Shown: piece after piece, positions 35,118 through 43,467 of the stretch | How the letters are laid out: every line of letters starts with the position of its first letter | Position numbering within the stretch: the first letter of the stretch is position 1 | Assembly: GCA_012729395.1 (NCBI GenBank) | Contig: JAAYDF010000097.1 | Coordinates: 4,487-68,486, forward strand | DNA: 64,000 nt | Direction: 5' to 3' | DNA from: Phycisphaerae bacterium | Lineage (GTDB): Bacteria > Planctomycetota > Phycisphaerae > UBA1845 > PWPN01 | Notes under the pieces: model-generated | The model's input: the letters and a program-made list of their open reading frames with translations, nothing else | Told to the model about the DNA's origin: nothing | Database searches by the model: none | Position numbers and translations under genes: made by a program

Positions 35118-36008
35118 TCAGAAAACCTGTGGCCCAAGGTACAGGATGCCGATGGTCATCAGCACCCACAGCACGATGGTGATGAGGAATGGGCGATCGC
35201 GGACCACGAGATCGGTGGGGCCGGTGGTCTCTCCCAGTTCGATGAGCATCGCGTATCGAAAGATGCCGTAGACCACAAGAGGCAGGGTGTAGACCAGATG
35301 TTGCTTGTGGGCCATGAACGGGGAGTGGGTGGTGGTGTCGAGGGTATACAGCAGGAATGTAATGATGGCGATGCCGCCCGAGGTGCTCAGGAGGTGGGTG
35401 AGCAGGTCGGGCGTATAGCGAACGAGGGTGGGGCGGTGGCGGCGGATGGCGGTGGTGTCGCCGATCATGGCGATCTCGCAGCGCCGTTTGCCGAAGCCCA
35501 GAAACAGGCAGAGCATGAACGTGCAGACCATGAGCCAGGAGGAAACGGGGACGTCGATAGCTTGGGCACCGGCGAGGGCTCGCAGGACGAAGAGCACGGC
35601 AATCACAAGGACATCGAGGATCACGCGGTATTTGAAGATCAGGGAATACGCGATGGTCAGGACCAGGTAGCCTAGCAGCGTGAGGCGAAATCCTACAGGC
35701 AGGTAGAAGCTGATCGCGGCCGCGGCGAGGAGCAGGACGACGAAGATCACGGCGGCGGTTTGGGGGGTGATGGCTCCACTGGCGATAGGGCGGTCTTTCT
35801 TTCGCGGGTGTTGCCGGTCGCGTTCGCGGTCGAGAAAGTCGTTGAGGATATACCCGGCCGACGAGGTCAGGCAGAAAGCGGCGAAGGCCAGCAGGGCGAG
35901 GAGGTCTTTGTGGGCGTCTCGGATTCCGTCGCCAAAGGCCAAGGCGGCGAAGACGAAGAGGTTCTTGATCCAGTCCGCGGGCCGCAGGAGTCGCAGATAG
36001 ATGCTCAT
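35118..36008 (-). CDS. UbiA-family prenyltransferase, decaprenyl-phosphate phosphoribosyltransferase-like
   Basis: 296-aa polytopic ORF. N-terminus MSIYLRLLRPADWIKNLFVFAALAFG, UbiA Asp-rich motif ILNDFLDRERDRQHPRK, and a second motif region. Confidence 0.75.
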   Translation of the reverse strand: MSIYLRLLRPADWIKNLFVFAALAFGDGIRDAHKDLLALLAFAAFCLTSSAGYILNDFLDRERDRQHPRKKDRPIASGAITPQTAAVIFVVLLLAAAAISFYLPVGFRLTLLGYLVLTIAYSLIFKYRVILDVLVIAVLFVLRALAGAQAIDVPVSSWLMVCTFMLCLFLGFGKRRCEIAMIGDTTAIRRHRPTLVRYTPDLLTHLLSTSGGIAIITFLLYTLDTTTHSPFMAHKQHLVYTLPLVVYGIFRYAMLIELGETTGPTDLVVRDRPFLITIVLWVLMTIGILYLGPQVF

Positions 36009-36356
36009 GCCCGCCTAGTGTAGCGCAACCGTCCGGGGATGCAACTTGGGTGACCGCGGTAAAAAAGGGTGTGGACCGGATTCCCCCAACAGTCATCCGG
36101 CCCACTGGCCCCTTAACCCCTCACCTCGCCTCACCGGGATGGTGGCATAGCCCTGTCCCGGTCAACCTCAGGTCCACGGCTGTGGAGGCCGTCAACCTGA
36201 ACTAACCCCTCCGGAAGCACCTTCTTTCCCCCCTTGGCTCCCCCTTTGTGTTTCCTGTCGTACTCGGGGGGGCCGGCTCCTTTCCCTATTCGCCCCGGGA
36301 AGCACCAGATTCCGCGATCCTTAGGACTGCTTCTGAGCCCTCATCAGTCTGTTCGA

Positions 36357-37481
36357 TCAATACCCGCGGAGCAGGTACAAAGCGTTGCTCTGCTGCGAGT
36401 TGACCATTTGCAGCATGGTGAGCCCTGCGTCCATGAGCGTGTTCTGCCGTTCGAGCTTGGCGGTCTCGGCGGCGTAGTCGGTTTCGTTGATGGCCGCTAT
36501 GGAGGCGTTGAGACCTTCCGCTGTGGCCTGCAGGACCGCGATCGACGAGCCGATCTGGTACTTGCTGAAGCTGCCTACGCGTGATTGGGCGATGGAAACC
36601 TGCGAAGAGGCCTTGGCGGCGATCTCCACAGCTTTGTTGCCGTCGTTTGAGAGCGCGTTGGTGCCGCCGCTCCGCAGTGAGGACAGGTAACCAAGCACCG
36701 AGTTGCCGAGCTTGGCGGTGGTGATGCCGGCCGCCATGTCCATCCGGACTTGGGTGGTCGAGTCGCTGCCCAACTGGAACAGCATGCCTTCGCTTGCGGT
36801 CACGGTGATGTTCGAGGCGGCAACGTTGGCACTCACGTCGGCGACCACGAAGCTCATGCTGTAGCCGTCTTTCGTGAAGTGGATCTCGTCGCCATTGGCG
36901 TTGGCCTTGCCTACTTCCGTGCCGTCTACAGTGACGACTTTCGTGGCCGCCGTGAAGGCGACACTGAAAACCTTGTTGGCCGTCGCGTTGGCGGCGGTGT
37001 GCACACGCAGGTCGGTGTACTTGGTGGCTTGGACGGCGGTAGCGCTGATATTGGCTCCCGTACCGGTGAGCAGCTTCTTGCCACCAAACTCGGTGTTGCT
37101 GATCAGCGAGTTGATCGCGTCGAGGTTCTGATCGATGCTGGTCTGGTAGGCGGCCTTCTCCGCCGAGGTCGCGCTGGGATCGCGGCCCTTGTTGGCCAGC
37201 CGCTCGATCTCCTGGACAAGTGTGGAGACCTGCTGCAGGGCGGTGTCGGCGGTATCCAGCACGGCCTGTGAGCGCTGGGCGTTGTCCAGGGCAGCGTTGA
37301 TCCGAACGAGATCGGACTTCATGCCGCTGATGGCCACCAAGCCGGATGGATCGTCCGCAGCCCGGTTGATCCGGTTGCCTGATGCAAGCCGAGCCATCGT
37401 GACGCTCCGCTCGGCATCGAGGCGGTTGATACTGTTGAGCAACTGAAAAGTGCTCGCGGTCATGTTTACTGAAATTGCCAT
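36357..37481 (-). CDS. fliC: Flagellin
   Basis: Start ATG 37481 (AAGGGGGA SD). Conserved flagellin N-domain LNSINRLDAERSVTMARLASGNRINRAADDPSGL and C-domain IAAINETDYAAETAKLERQNTLMDAGLTMLQMVNSQQSNALYLLRG. The track ORF start at 37568 is an extension. Confidence 0.9.
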   Translation of the reverse strand: MAISVNMTASTFQLLNSINRLDAERSVTMARLASGNRINRAADDPSGLVAISGMKSDLVRINAALDNAQRSQAVLDTADTALQQVSTLVQEIERLANKGRDPSATSAEKAAYQTSIDQNLDAINSLISNTEFGGKKLLTGTGANISATAVQATKYTDLRVHTAANATANKVFSVAFTAATKVVTVDGTEVGKANANGDEIHFTKDGYSMSFVVADVSANVAASNITVTASEGMLFQLGSDSTTQVRMDMAAGITTAKLGNSVLGYLSSLRSGGTNALSNDGNKAVEIAAKASSQVSIAQSRVGSFSKYQIGSSIAVLQATAEGLNASIAAINETDYAAETAKLERQNTLMDAGLTMLQMVNSQQSNALYLLRGY

Positions 37482-37801
37482 GTCATGTCCCCCTTTCAGG
37501 GTGGCGAAGGTTAAGGAACTCGCAGGAAACGTTAAGATATAACTTGCGGGTGCCAAACAAAGGGGCATGTTTTTGCATGCGCAGGCCGCATGTGGCGATC
37601 AGACAAGGAGTTGCCGTGCAGGAAAATTTCCGCAATCCGCAGGTCCGAATTTCCTGGAAAACAGGCAAAACGCGTGGGTGGCGTCTTTGGCCGCGGCGCG
37701 ATAGGGTGTCTACCGTATGAAATCGTGTGTTGGGGCAGTGCCCATTCCCGGACGCGCGGGCGATGGTGTTCAAGTACGGGCTTTGAACAGAGGGAGTCGC
37801 G

Positions 37802-38641
37802 ATGATGCAGATTTCACTGGCCGGCTGGAGCTTGCACCGCAGGTTCCAGAACAAGGAGCAACCGCTGAGTCTGTTGGATTACTTCGCGGTGGCCCGCGAG
37901 GAGTTCGGCATCGACAAAGTCGAGCTCAACAGCCCGTTTTTCGCCTACGCGGATGCGGACAACTCGGCCGCTAGCCCGATCAAGGCCAAGTACCTGGGCG
38001 AACTGCGTCGCCGAGCTGAGGATGCGGGGGTACGGATTGTGGGTATCGCTGTGGACGGCCACGGTGATCTGTCCGACCTGGATGAGCCCGCGAGGCGAAA
38101 AGCGGTCGGGCAGCATCGCAAGTGGTATGACGCCTGTCAGGAGCTTGCCTGCCCAGCATTTCGGGCCAATTCAGGTGGAACTCGGACGGCGGAGATCCAC
38201 AGCGAGCACGTTGACCAGTGTGCCCGTTCATTCGATCAGTTGGCGGCTTGGGCGGCGGACGCGGGGCTGCAGGTTCTCATGGAGAACCACTGGGGCTTAT
38301 CGGCCGATCCGGAGCGCATCGTGCGCGTGGTCGAGGCTGTGGACAACCCGGCATTTGGCGTGTTGGCCGACTTCCGTAACTTCCCGCCGGGGGTGGATGT
38401 GTATGCGGCTCTCGAACGATTGGCGCCCTACGCCCGCTTCGTGCACGCCAAGTTTCTATCGTTTGACGATCGCGGCGAGGATCCGGACTTTGACACCGCT
38501 CGCGTGATGGAGACTTTCCGGCAGGCGCGCTACAGCGGTCTTTTCGGGATCGAATATGAGGGCAAGGGCGACGACCACGAAGGGGTACTGCGGAGCCGCG
38601 AACTCCTGGATCGCTACGCGTACACCTTGCCAGAGGATTGA
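37802..38641 (+). CDS. Sugar phosphate isomerase/epimerase (xylose-isomerase-like TIM barrel, AP_endonuc_2 family)
   Basis: 279-aa ORF with family-like blocks: VELNSPFF, VRIVGIAVDGHGDL, LMENHWGLS, FVHAKF. Confidence 0.7.
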   Translation: MMQISLAGWSLHRRFQNKEQPLSLLDYFAVAREEFGIDKVELNSPFFAYADADNSAASPIKAKYLGELRRRAEDAGVRIVGIAVDGHGDLSDLDEPARRKAVGQHRKWYDACQELACPAFRANSGGTRTAEIHSEHVDQCARSFDQLAAWAADAGLQVLMENHWGLSADPERIVRVVEAVDNPAFGVLADFRNFPPGVDVYAALERLAPYARFVHAKFLSFDDRGEDPDFDTARVMETFRQARYSGLFGIEYEGKGDDHEGVLRSRELLDRYAYTLPED

Positions 38642-38993
38642 AAGGGATCGTCTGGAGCTTCTGATTCGTCGACCTGCCAGGAGTGATGTCTTCTTGCCTT
38701 GCCCGCTTGGGCACGCCCGGTGCCGAGGAGATTGTGGGCGGGCGCCCTGCAACGTGTGCGGCGTTTACCCCTGGCAACGTGGCGGATCGGCGCGACGAAC
38801 ACGCACTGCCGTTGGCGATTCCTCTTCTGTTGGTCCGATAAAGCGGGTTGGTTCGCCGATATCTGGATTCCGTCTTCCCGCAGCGGTAGAATAACAAGGA
38901 GCAGACGTTCGGCTCTGATCCTGAGTACCGGTACATGGAAGTTCCGAGTATGCGCACGGAAGGGCTTCGGCCTGGTGGCCGAGGAGGGTTAAG

Positions 38994-39386
38994 ATGCGCG
39001 ATCGGACTCCCCATGCGGCAAGCACGGCGACAATCGCCGCGCGCTCGGCCCAAGTCTCTGTTCCCGCACTCAACGCGGACGACAAGCGGCAGGTCTTCAA
39101 GGGGATGGTTGTCGCGGAGTTGGAATCCGGCTTCCTGCGGTATTCCCGTCGTGAGCGGTTGATGCGCTATGCGGAGAAGCTGCGGATCCCGGAGTTCGAG
39201 GCGGCTCTGCTCATCGCTGAGGCCCAGTTTTACTCCGATGAGATCGACCCTGTGCGCTTCGACTCGCTGGCCACCCTGGACAGCGTCACCCGGCCGGAAG
39301 CCTGGTCCGTCTCCATGCGGCTGGTCTTGGCGGCAGGAGTGGCGACTTTCCTGGACGTGCTCATCATTCTGTGGCTTTTCGGCTGA
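38994..39386 (+). CDS. Hypothetical 130-aa protein with a C-terminal TM anchor
   Basis: ORF with GAGGAGGG upstream. The C-terminal hydrophobic segment is LVLAAGVATFLDVLIILWLFG. No recognised family. Confidence 0.45.
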   Translation: MRDRTPHAASTATIAARSAQVSVPALNADDKRQVFKGMVVAELESGFLRYSRRERLMRYAEKLRIPEFEAALLIAEAQFYSDEIDPVRFDSLATLDSVTRPEAWSVSMRLVLAAGVATFLDVLIILWLFG

Positions 39387-39493
39387 TCTTCGCGGCTATT
39401 CGAACGGGTCCGTTGTCGGACCGAGCGAGGTTGTTCGCGGCGGCTCGGATCCGTTTGCGCGTTGTCTTGCGGTTGCACGCTGTCCCGTCGGCC

Positions 39494-39590
39494 ACGGGGG
39501 GCCGACGCTACACAAATGCGGGGGGCGACGCTACGGAAATGCGGGGGGCGACGCGACGGGGACGCGGGGGCCGACGCTACGGAGACGGGG
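39494..39590 (+). repeat. Tandem array of 4 x ~23 nt (GCGGGGGGCGACGCTACGGAAAT-like units), derived from one arm of the REP-like element, ~80 nt upstream of guaA
   Basis: Read directly. The units are acggggggccgacgctacacaaat / gcggggggcgacgctacggaaat / gcggggggcgacgcgacggggac / gcgggggccgacgctacggagac. The preceding cgtcggccacgggggg matches GTCGCCACGGGGGGCGACCGCTACGG, the reverse complement of the left arm of copy B. Confidence 0.9.
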
Positions 39591-39668
39591 CGGCACAGAG
39601 TCTCGCGTCCTGGTTGCCTTGTTCTTTCGCGATGCAAAGTACTCGCCAGGGACGTATAATCCCGCCCC

Positions 39669-41216
39669 ATGAACCAGTGCATTGCGATCTTGGATTTCGG
39701 CAGTCAATACGCCCAGCTCATTGCTCGGCGGGTACGCGAGAACCGCGTATTCAGTAGGTTGGTGTCGCCCACAATCTCGCCCGCTGAGTTGCGTGAAATG
39801 AACGCGGCCGGGCTGATCTTCTCCGGCGGGCCGGCCAGCGTTTACGAACAGAGCGCCCCGCGGTGCGACCCCGGCCTGCTGGAGCTGGGATTGCCGGTGC
39901 TGGGTATCTGTTATGGGATGCAGGTCACCTGCCAGTTGCTCGGGGCGCATGTGGAGGCGGCTCCGGCCCGCGAATACGGGCGGGCGAAACTCGATATCAT
40001 TGAGCCTGCCGGGCTGATGGGGCGTATCAACTCGCCGGCCGGCGTGTGGATGAGCCACGGCGACATGGTGCATACTCTGCCTGAGGAGTTCATCCCCCTG
40101 GCCCGCACCGCCAACTGTCCGATCGCCGCCGTCCGGCATCGCGATCGCCCGGTGTTTGGCGTGCAGTTTCACCCCGAAGTTACGCACACCGCTTGCGGTA
40201 GCCAGCTTTTGCGCAACTTCCTTTACGATATCTGCGGCTGCAGCGGCGACTGGGAGATGGGTAACTTCATCGCCGGCGCTGTTGCAGAGGTTCGGCAACG
40301 GGTCGGGCCCGAGGATCGGGTCATCTGCGGCCTGTCCGGCGGGGTAGATAGTAGCGTGACGGCGGCGCTGATTCACGAGGCGATCGGCGACCGGCTGGTG
40401 TGCATTTTCGTGGACAACGGCGTGTTGCGCAAGGGTGAGGCGGCCCTCGTCGAGTCGACTTTCCGGGACCATTTCCGCATTGATTTGCGGGTGGATCGTG
40501 CCGCGGACCGTTTCCTGGCCCAGTTGGCCGGTGTGGTCGAGCCGCAGGAGAAACGCCGTCGCATCGGCCACGAGTTCATTCGGGTGTTTGAACGCCACGC
40601 CCGCACGGTGCCGGGCGCCCGGTTCCTTGCTCAAGGCACGCTCTACCCGGATGTCATCGAGTCTGGGCACGGCTACAGCGGCCACGCGGCCAACATCAAG
40701 TTGCATCACAACGTAGGCGGGCTGCCGGCCGACCTGGATTTCGAGCTGATCGAGCCGTTGCGCGATTTGTTCAAGGACGAGGTCCGTCTGGCGGGCGAGC
40801 ACTTGGGTTTGCCCGCGGAGATCATCTGGCGGCATCCATTCCCCGGGCCGGGGCTGGCGGTACGGATCATCGGCGAGGTCACGGCCGAACGCGTCGCACT
40901 CCTGCAGAGCGTGGACGAAATCGTGATCGACGAGATCCGGGCGGCAGGCTGGTACCGCAAGATCGGCCAGGCGTTTGCCGTGCTGCTGCCGATCAGCACC
41001 GTGGGGGTGATGGGTGACGGCCGTAGCTACGAGGGGCAGCACGTGGTGGCGTTGCGATTCGTCGAGACCGCCGATTTCATGACCGCCGACTGGGTGCACA
41101 TTGACTACGAGGTTCTCGGCCGGATCTCCACCCGCATCATGAACGAGGTGCCCGGTGTGAACCGTGTGGTCTATGACGTGTCGAGCAAGCCGCCAAGCAC
41201 TATTGAGTGGGAGTAG
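39669..41216 (+). CDS. guaA: GMP synthase (glutamine-hydrolysing), full length
   Basis: 515-aa ORF. GATase domain ([34 protein letters not shown]). PP-loop [10 protein letters not shown]. Canonical C-terminus [16 protein letters not shown]. Confidence 0.97.
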   Translation: MNQCIAILDFGSQYAQLIARRVRENRVFSRLVSPTISPAELREMNAAGLIFSGGPASVYEQSAPRCDPGLLELGLPVLGICYGMQVTCQLLGAHVEAAPAREYGRAKLDIIEPAGLMGRINSPAGVWMSHGDMVHTLPEEFIPLARTANCPIAAVRHRDRPVFGVQFHPEVTHTACGSQLLRNFLYDICGCSGDWEMGNFIAGAVAEVRQRVGPEDRVICGLSGGVDSSVTAALIHEAIGDRLVCIFVDNGVLRKGEAALVESTFRDHFRIDLRVDRAADRFLAQLAGVVEPQEKRRRIGHEFIRVFERHARTVPGARFLAQGTLYPDVIESGHGYSGHAANIKLHHNVGGLPADLDFELIEPLRDLFKDEVRLAGEHLGLPAEIIWRHPFPGPGLAVRIIGEVTAERVALLQSVDEIVIDEIRAAGWYRKIGQAFAVLLPISTVGVMGDGRSYEGQHVVALRFVETADFMTADWVHIDYEVLGRISTRIMNEVPGVNRVVYDVSSKPPSTIEWE

Positions 41217-41224
41217 TGGGCCTC

Positions 41225-41689
41225 ATGCCTCGGGCGATCATCATTGTGGATCACGGCAGCCGGCGAGAAGCGGCGAACGGGATGCTTGATGATGTGGCTG
41301 TGCTGTTGCGGGCTCTGACCGTTGACCGGGTATACGTGGCGCACATGGAGCTGGCCGAGCCGACGGTAAGCCAGGCTTTCGCTGCCGCGGTCGCTGATGG
41401 GGCCGACGACGTGTTCGTTTTTCCGTACTTCCTGTCGCCGGGGCGACACAGCCGCGAGGACATTCCCCGCTTGTGTGCGGAAGCGGCCCATCACCATCCC
41501 GGCATTCGTTGGCACTGCACGGGCCCGATCGGGCTGGACCCGCTGATGGCCCAACTGGTGCTTCGGCGGGTCGAGCACTGCGAACGAAGCGGCTACTCCT
41601 GCGACGCGTGCCCTGACCGCCGGATCTGCGACCCACCCGCCCGAGGCGAAGAGGTCGACGATTCGTTCACTTCCCGCGAGACGCCCTGA
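41225..41689 (+). CDS. cbiX: CbiX/SirB-type sirohydrochlorin chelatase (small form) with a Cys-rich C-terminal tail
   Basis: Start ATG 41225, just after the guaA stop. Motifs: IIIVDHGSRR, VFVFPYFLSPGRHSREDIP. Tail: HCERSGYSCDACPDRRIC. Confidence 0.7.
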   Translation: MPRAIIIVDHGSRREAANGMLDDVAVLLRALTVDRVYVAHMELAEPTVSQAFAAAVADGADDVFVFPYFLSPGRHSREDIPRLCAEAAHHHPGIRWHCTGPIGLDPLMAQLVLRRVEHCERSGYSCDACPDRRICDPPARGEEVDDSFTSRETP

Positions 41690-41699
41690 CGGCCACAAG

Positions 41700-42458
41700 C
41701 TACACGGTGAAGAGGTCGCTGACTTCATAGCGGCTGGCGACGTGGAGGGGGTAGTCGCGGCCGAGGCATTGGTGATGGGTATCCAGGGCGAGCTGCGGGT
41801 GGTTGTTGTGCTCGCTGAGATGGGCGAGGACGGCCCACCCGAGTCTTGGCCCGGCGGTACGGATCAGGTCGGCTGATTCCTGGTTCGAGAGGTGTCCGCC
41901 AGCTCCGCGGATGCGCTGCTGCAAAGCGTAAGGGTAAGGCCCATTGGCGAGCATATCGGGGTCGTAGTTGCTTTCGAGATAGCATGCGTCCAAGTCGCCC
42001 AGCCAGCGAGCGAGCTCGGGGAAGGGGTGGCCCAGATCGGTGAAGATGCCGAGGCGTTTACCCTCATGCTCGATGATGAAAGCCACTCCGTCGGCGGCGT
42101 CATGGGGAGTGGGCAGGGTGTGCACGGTGACGCCGTTGAATTGCAGGGGCTCACCCGCTTGGAAGTAGCGCACGTCGGAGAGCGGGCCGAGATTGCAGTA
42201 CGTGGCCTGATGCGTCGTGCGGGTCATGTGAATGGGCAGGCCGAACTTGCGATGGAAGACGCCCGCGCAGTGGATGTGGTCGCTGTGGTCATGGGAGATG
42301 ATGAGGGCTTGCACGTCGCGAATGGCCCGGCCGTGGCGCCTCATGCGGCCCTCGGCCTGTTTGCCCGAGATCCCCGCGTCGAACAACAGACGGGTATCGC
42401 CCGCCTCGACGTAAATCGAGTTGCCGTTGGACCCGCTCTGTAGAGAAAAAGTGATCAT
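41700..42458 (-). CDS. MBL-fold metallo-hydrolase
   Basis: 252-aa ORF with motifs LFDAG, LIISHDHSDHIHCAG and the later His/Asp ligands. Confidence 0.8.
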   Translation of the reverse strand: MITFSLQSGSNGNSIYVEAGDTRLLFDAGISGKQAEGRMRRHGRAIRDVQALIISHDHSDHIHCAGVFHRKFGLPIHMTRTTHQATYCNLGPLSDVRYFQAGEPLQFNGVTVHTLPTPHDAADGVAFIIEHEGKRLGIFTDLGHPFPELARWLGDLDACYLESNYDPDMLANGPYPYALQQRIRGAGGHLSNQESADLIRTAGPRLGWAVLAHLSEHNNHPQLALDTHHQCLGRDYPLHVASRYEVSDLFTV

Positions 42459-42622
42459 CCCTGGCCGTCATCCTCAGCAAACATGCCTATGATAACCGGA
42501 TCTCCGCCTGCCGGGCAATTTGCTCAAGCACAACGCCAAGTTGCAAAAGGTGTGAGGCGGCGAGAGAATCCGGAAAGCCGGTGAGACCGGCCTGTGACCG
42601 GTCGCCTCGAGGGAGTCGGCAC

Positions 42623-43402
42623 ATGGGTTTGATGGATGGACAGACCGGGTTGGTTTTTGGGGTGGCCAACGATCGCAGCATTGCCTGGCATATCGCCCGT
42701 AATCTCATCGCCCACGGCGCCATGTGCGGTTTCTCTCATTTGCCGGGCGACAAGATGGAACGCCGAGTTCGCAAGACGCTCGAAGACGGCGGCGTTCGTG
42801 ATCCCTGGCTGTTTCCATGCGACGTGGGCCGCGACGAGGATATCGACGCCCTGTTCGATGCGGTGGGGCGGCATTTCGGGAGTATCTCGTTCGTGGTTCA
42901 TTCGCTGGCGTTCGCGAATCGCGACTACCTCCAGATGGGCAAGTTCACGCAGACCCCGCGCGAGGTGTTTACCCAGGCGTTGGACATCTCCGCGTACACC
43001 CTGGTGGCGATCGCGGAGCGTGCCCGGCGGGTGATGCTGGCCGGTGGTTCCATTCTGGCATTGAGCTACTACGGTGCCGAGAAGGTCGTGCCGGGCTACA
43101 ACGTGATGGGCGTGGCCAAGGCCGCCCTGGAAGCCTGCGCCCGCTACCTCGCGGCGGAGCTCGGCGGGCAGGGAATCCGGGTGAATACTCTGTCGGCCGG
43201 CCCGTGCCGCACGCTGTCGGCCATGGCGGTCGGCGGTATCGACGATATGTTCGAATGGGTCGAGAAGAAAGCCCCTCTGCGACGAAACATCGACACGGAC
43301 GAGGTGGGCAAGACGGCAGTCTACTTGCTGAGCGATCTGTCGAGCGGTGTGACCGGAGAGAACGTATACGTGGATGCGGGATACAACACCATGGGGTTGT
43401 AG
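42623..43402 (+). CDS. fabI: Enoyl-[acyl-carrier-protein] reductase (NADH), FabI
   Basis: Start ATG 42623 (GAGGGAG SD). Motifs: GLVFGVANDRSIAW, SLAFANRD, SYYGAEKVVPGYNVMGVAKAALE, IRVNTLSAGP. Confidence 0.93.
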   Translation: MGLMDGQTGLVFGVANDRSIAWHIARNLIAHGAMCGFSHLPGDKMERRVRKTLEDGGVRDPWLFPCDVGRDEDIDALFDAVGRHFGSISFVVHSLAFANRDYLQMGKFTQTPREVFTQALDISAYTLVAIAERARRVMLAGGSILALSYYGAEKVVPGYNVMGVAKAALEACARYLAAELGGQGIRVNTLSAGPCRTLSAMAVGGIDDMFEWVEKKAPLRRNIDTDEVGKTAVYLLSDLSSGVTGENVYVDAGYNTMGL

Positions 43403-43467
43403 GGGGGAAGCGACGAGTTGGATGCACAGCGGGTGATGAAGGACCTACACAGGGAAAGGGTGGACGA

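Noticed and set aside
37536-37556. TTGGCACCCGCAAGTTATATC (minus strand) upstream of flagellin as a sigma-54 promoter
   Set aside because: The -24 TGGCAC is present, but the -12 position reads AGTT rather than TTGC. The spacing cannot be made to fit.
39494-39590. Considered whether the 23-nt tandem array is a CRISPR array
   Set aside because: The units are directly adjacent with no spacers. They are too short and only four in number, and no cas genes are nearby. They derive from the REP-like element arm.
39531-41099. 522-aa minus-strand ORF
   Set aside because: It lies entirely antisense to guaA, whose product is unmistakable. Long antisense ORFs are expected in high-GC DNA because stop codons are rare.
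42817-43467. N-terminal 217 codons of the 997-aa track ORF 42817..45810
   Set aside because: This part overlaps fabI in another frame and is Arg/Gly-rich. A signal-peptide-bearing start at ATG 43468 explains the real gene.
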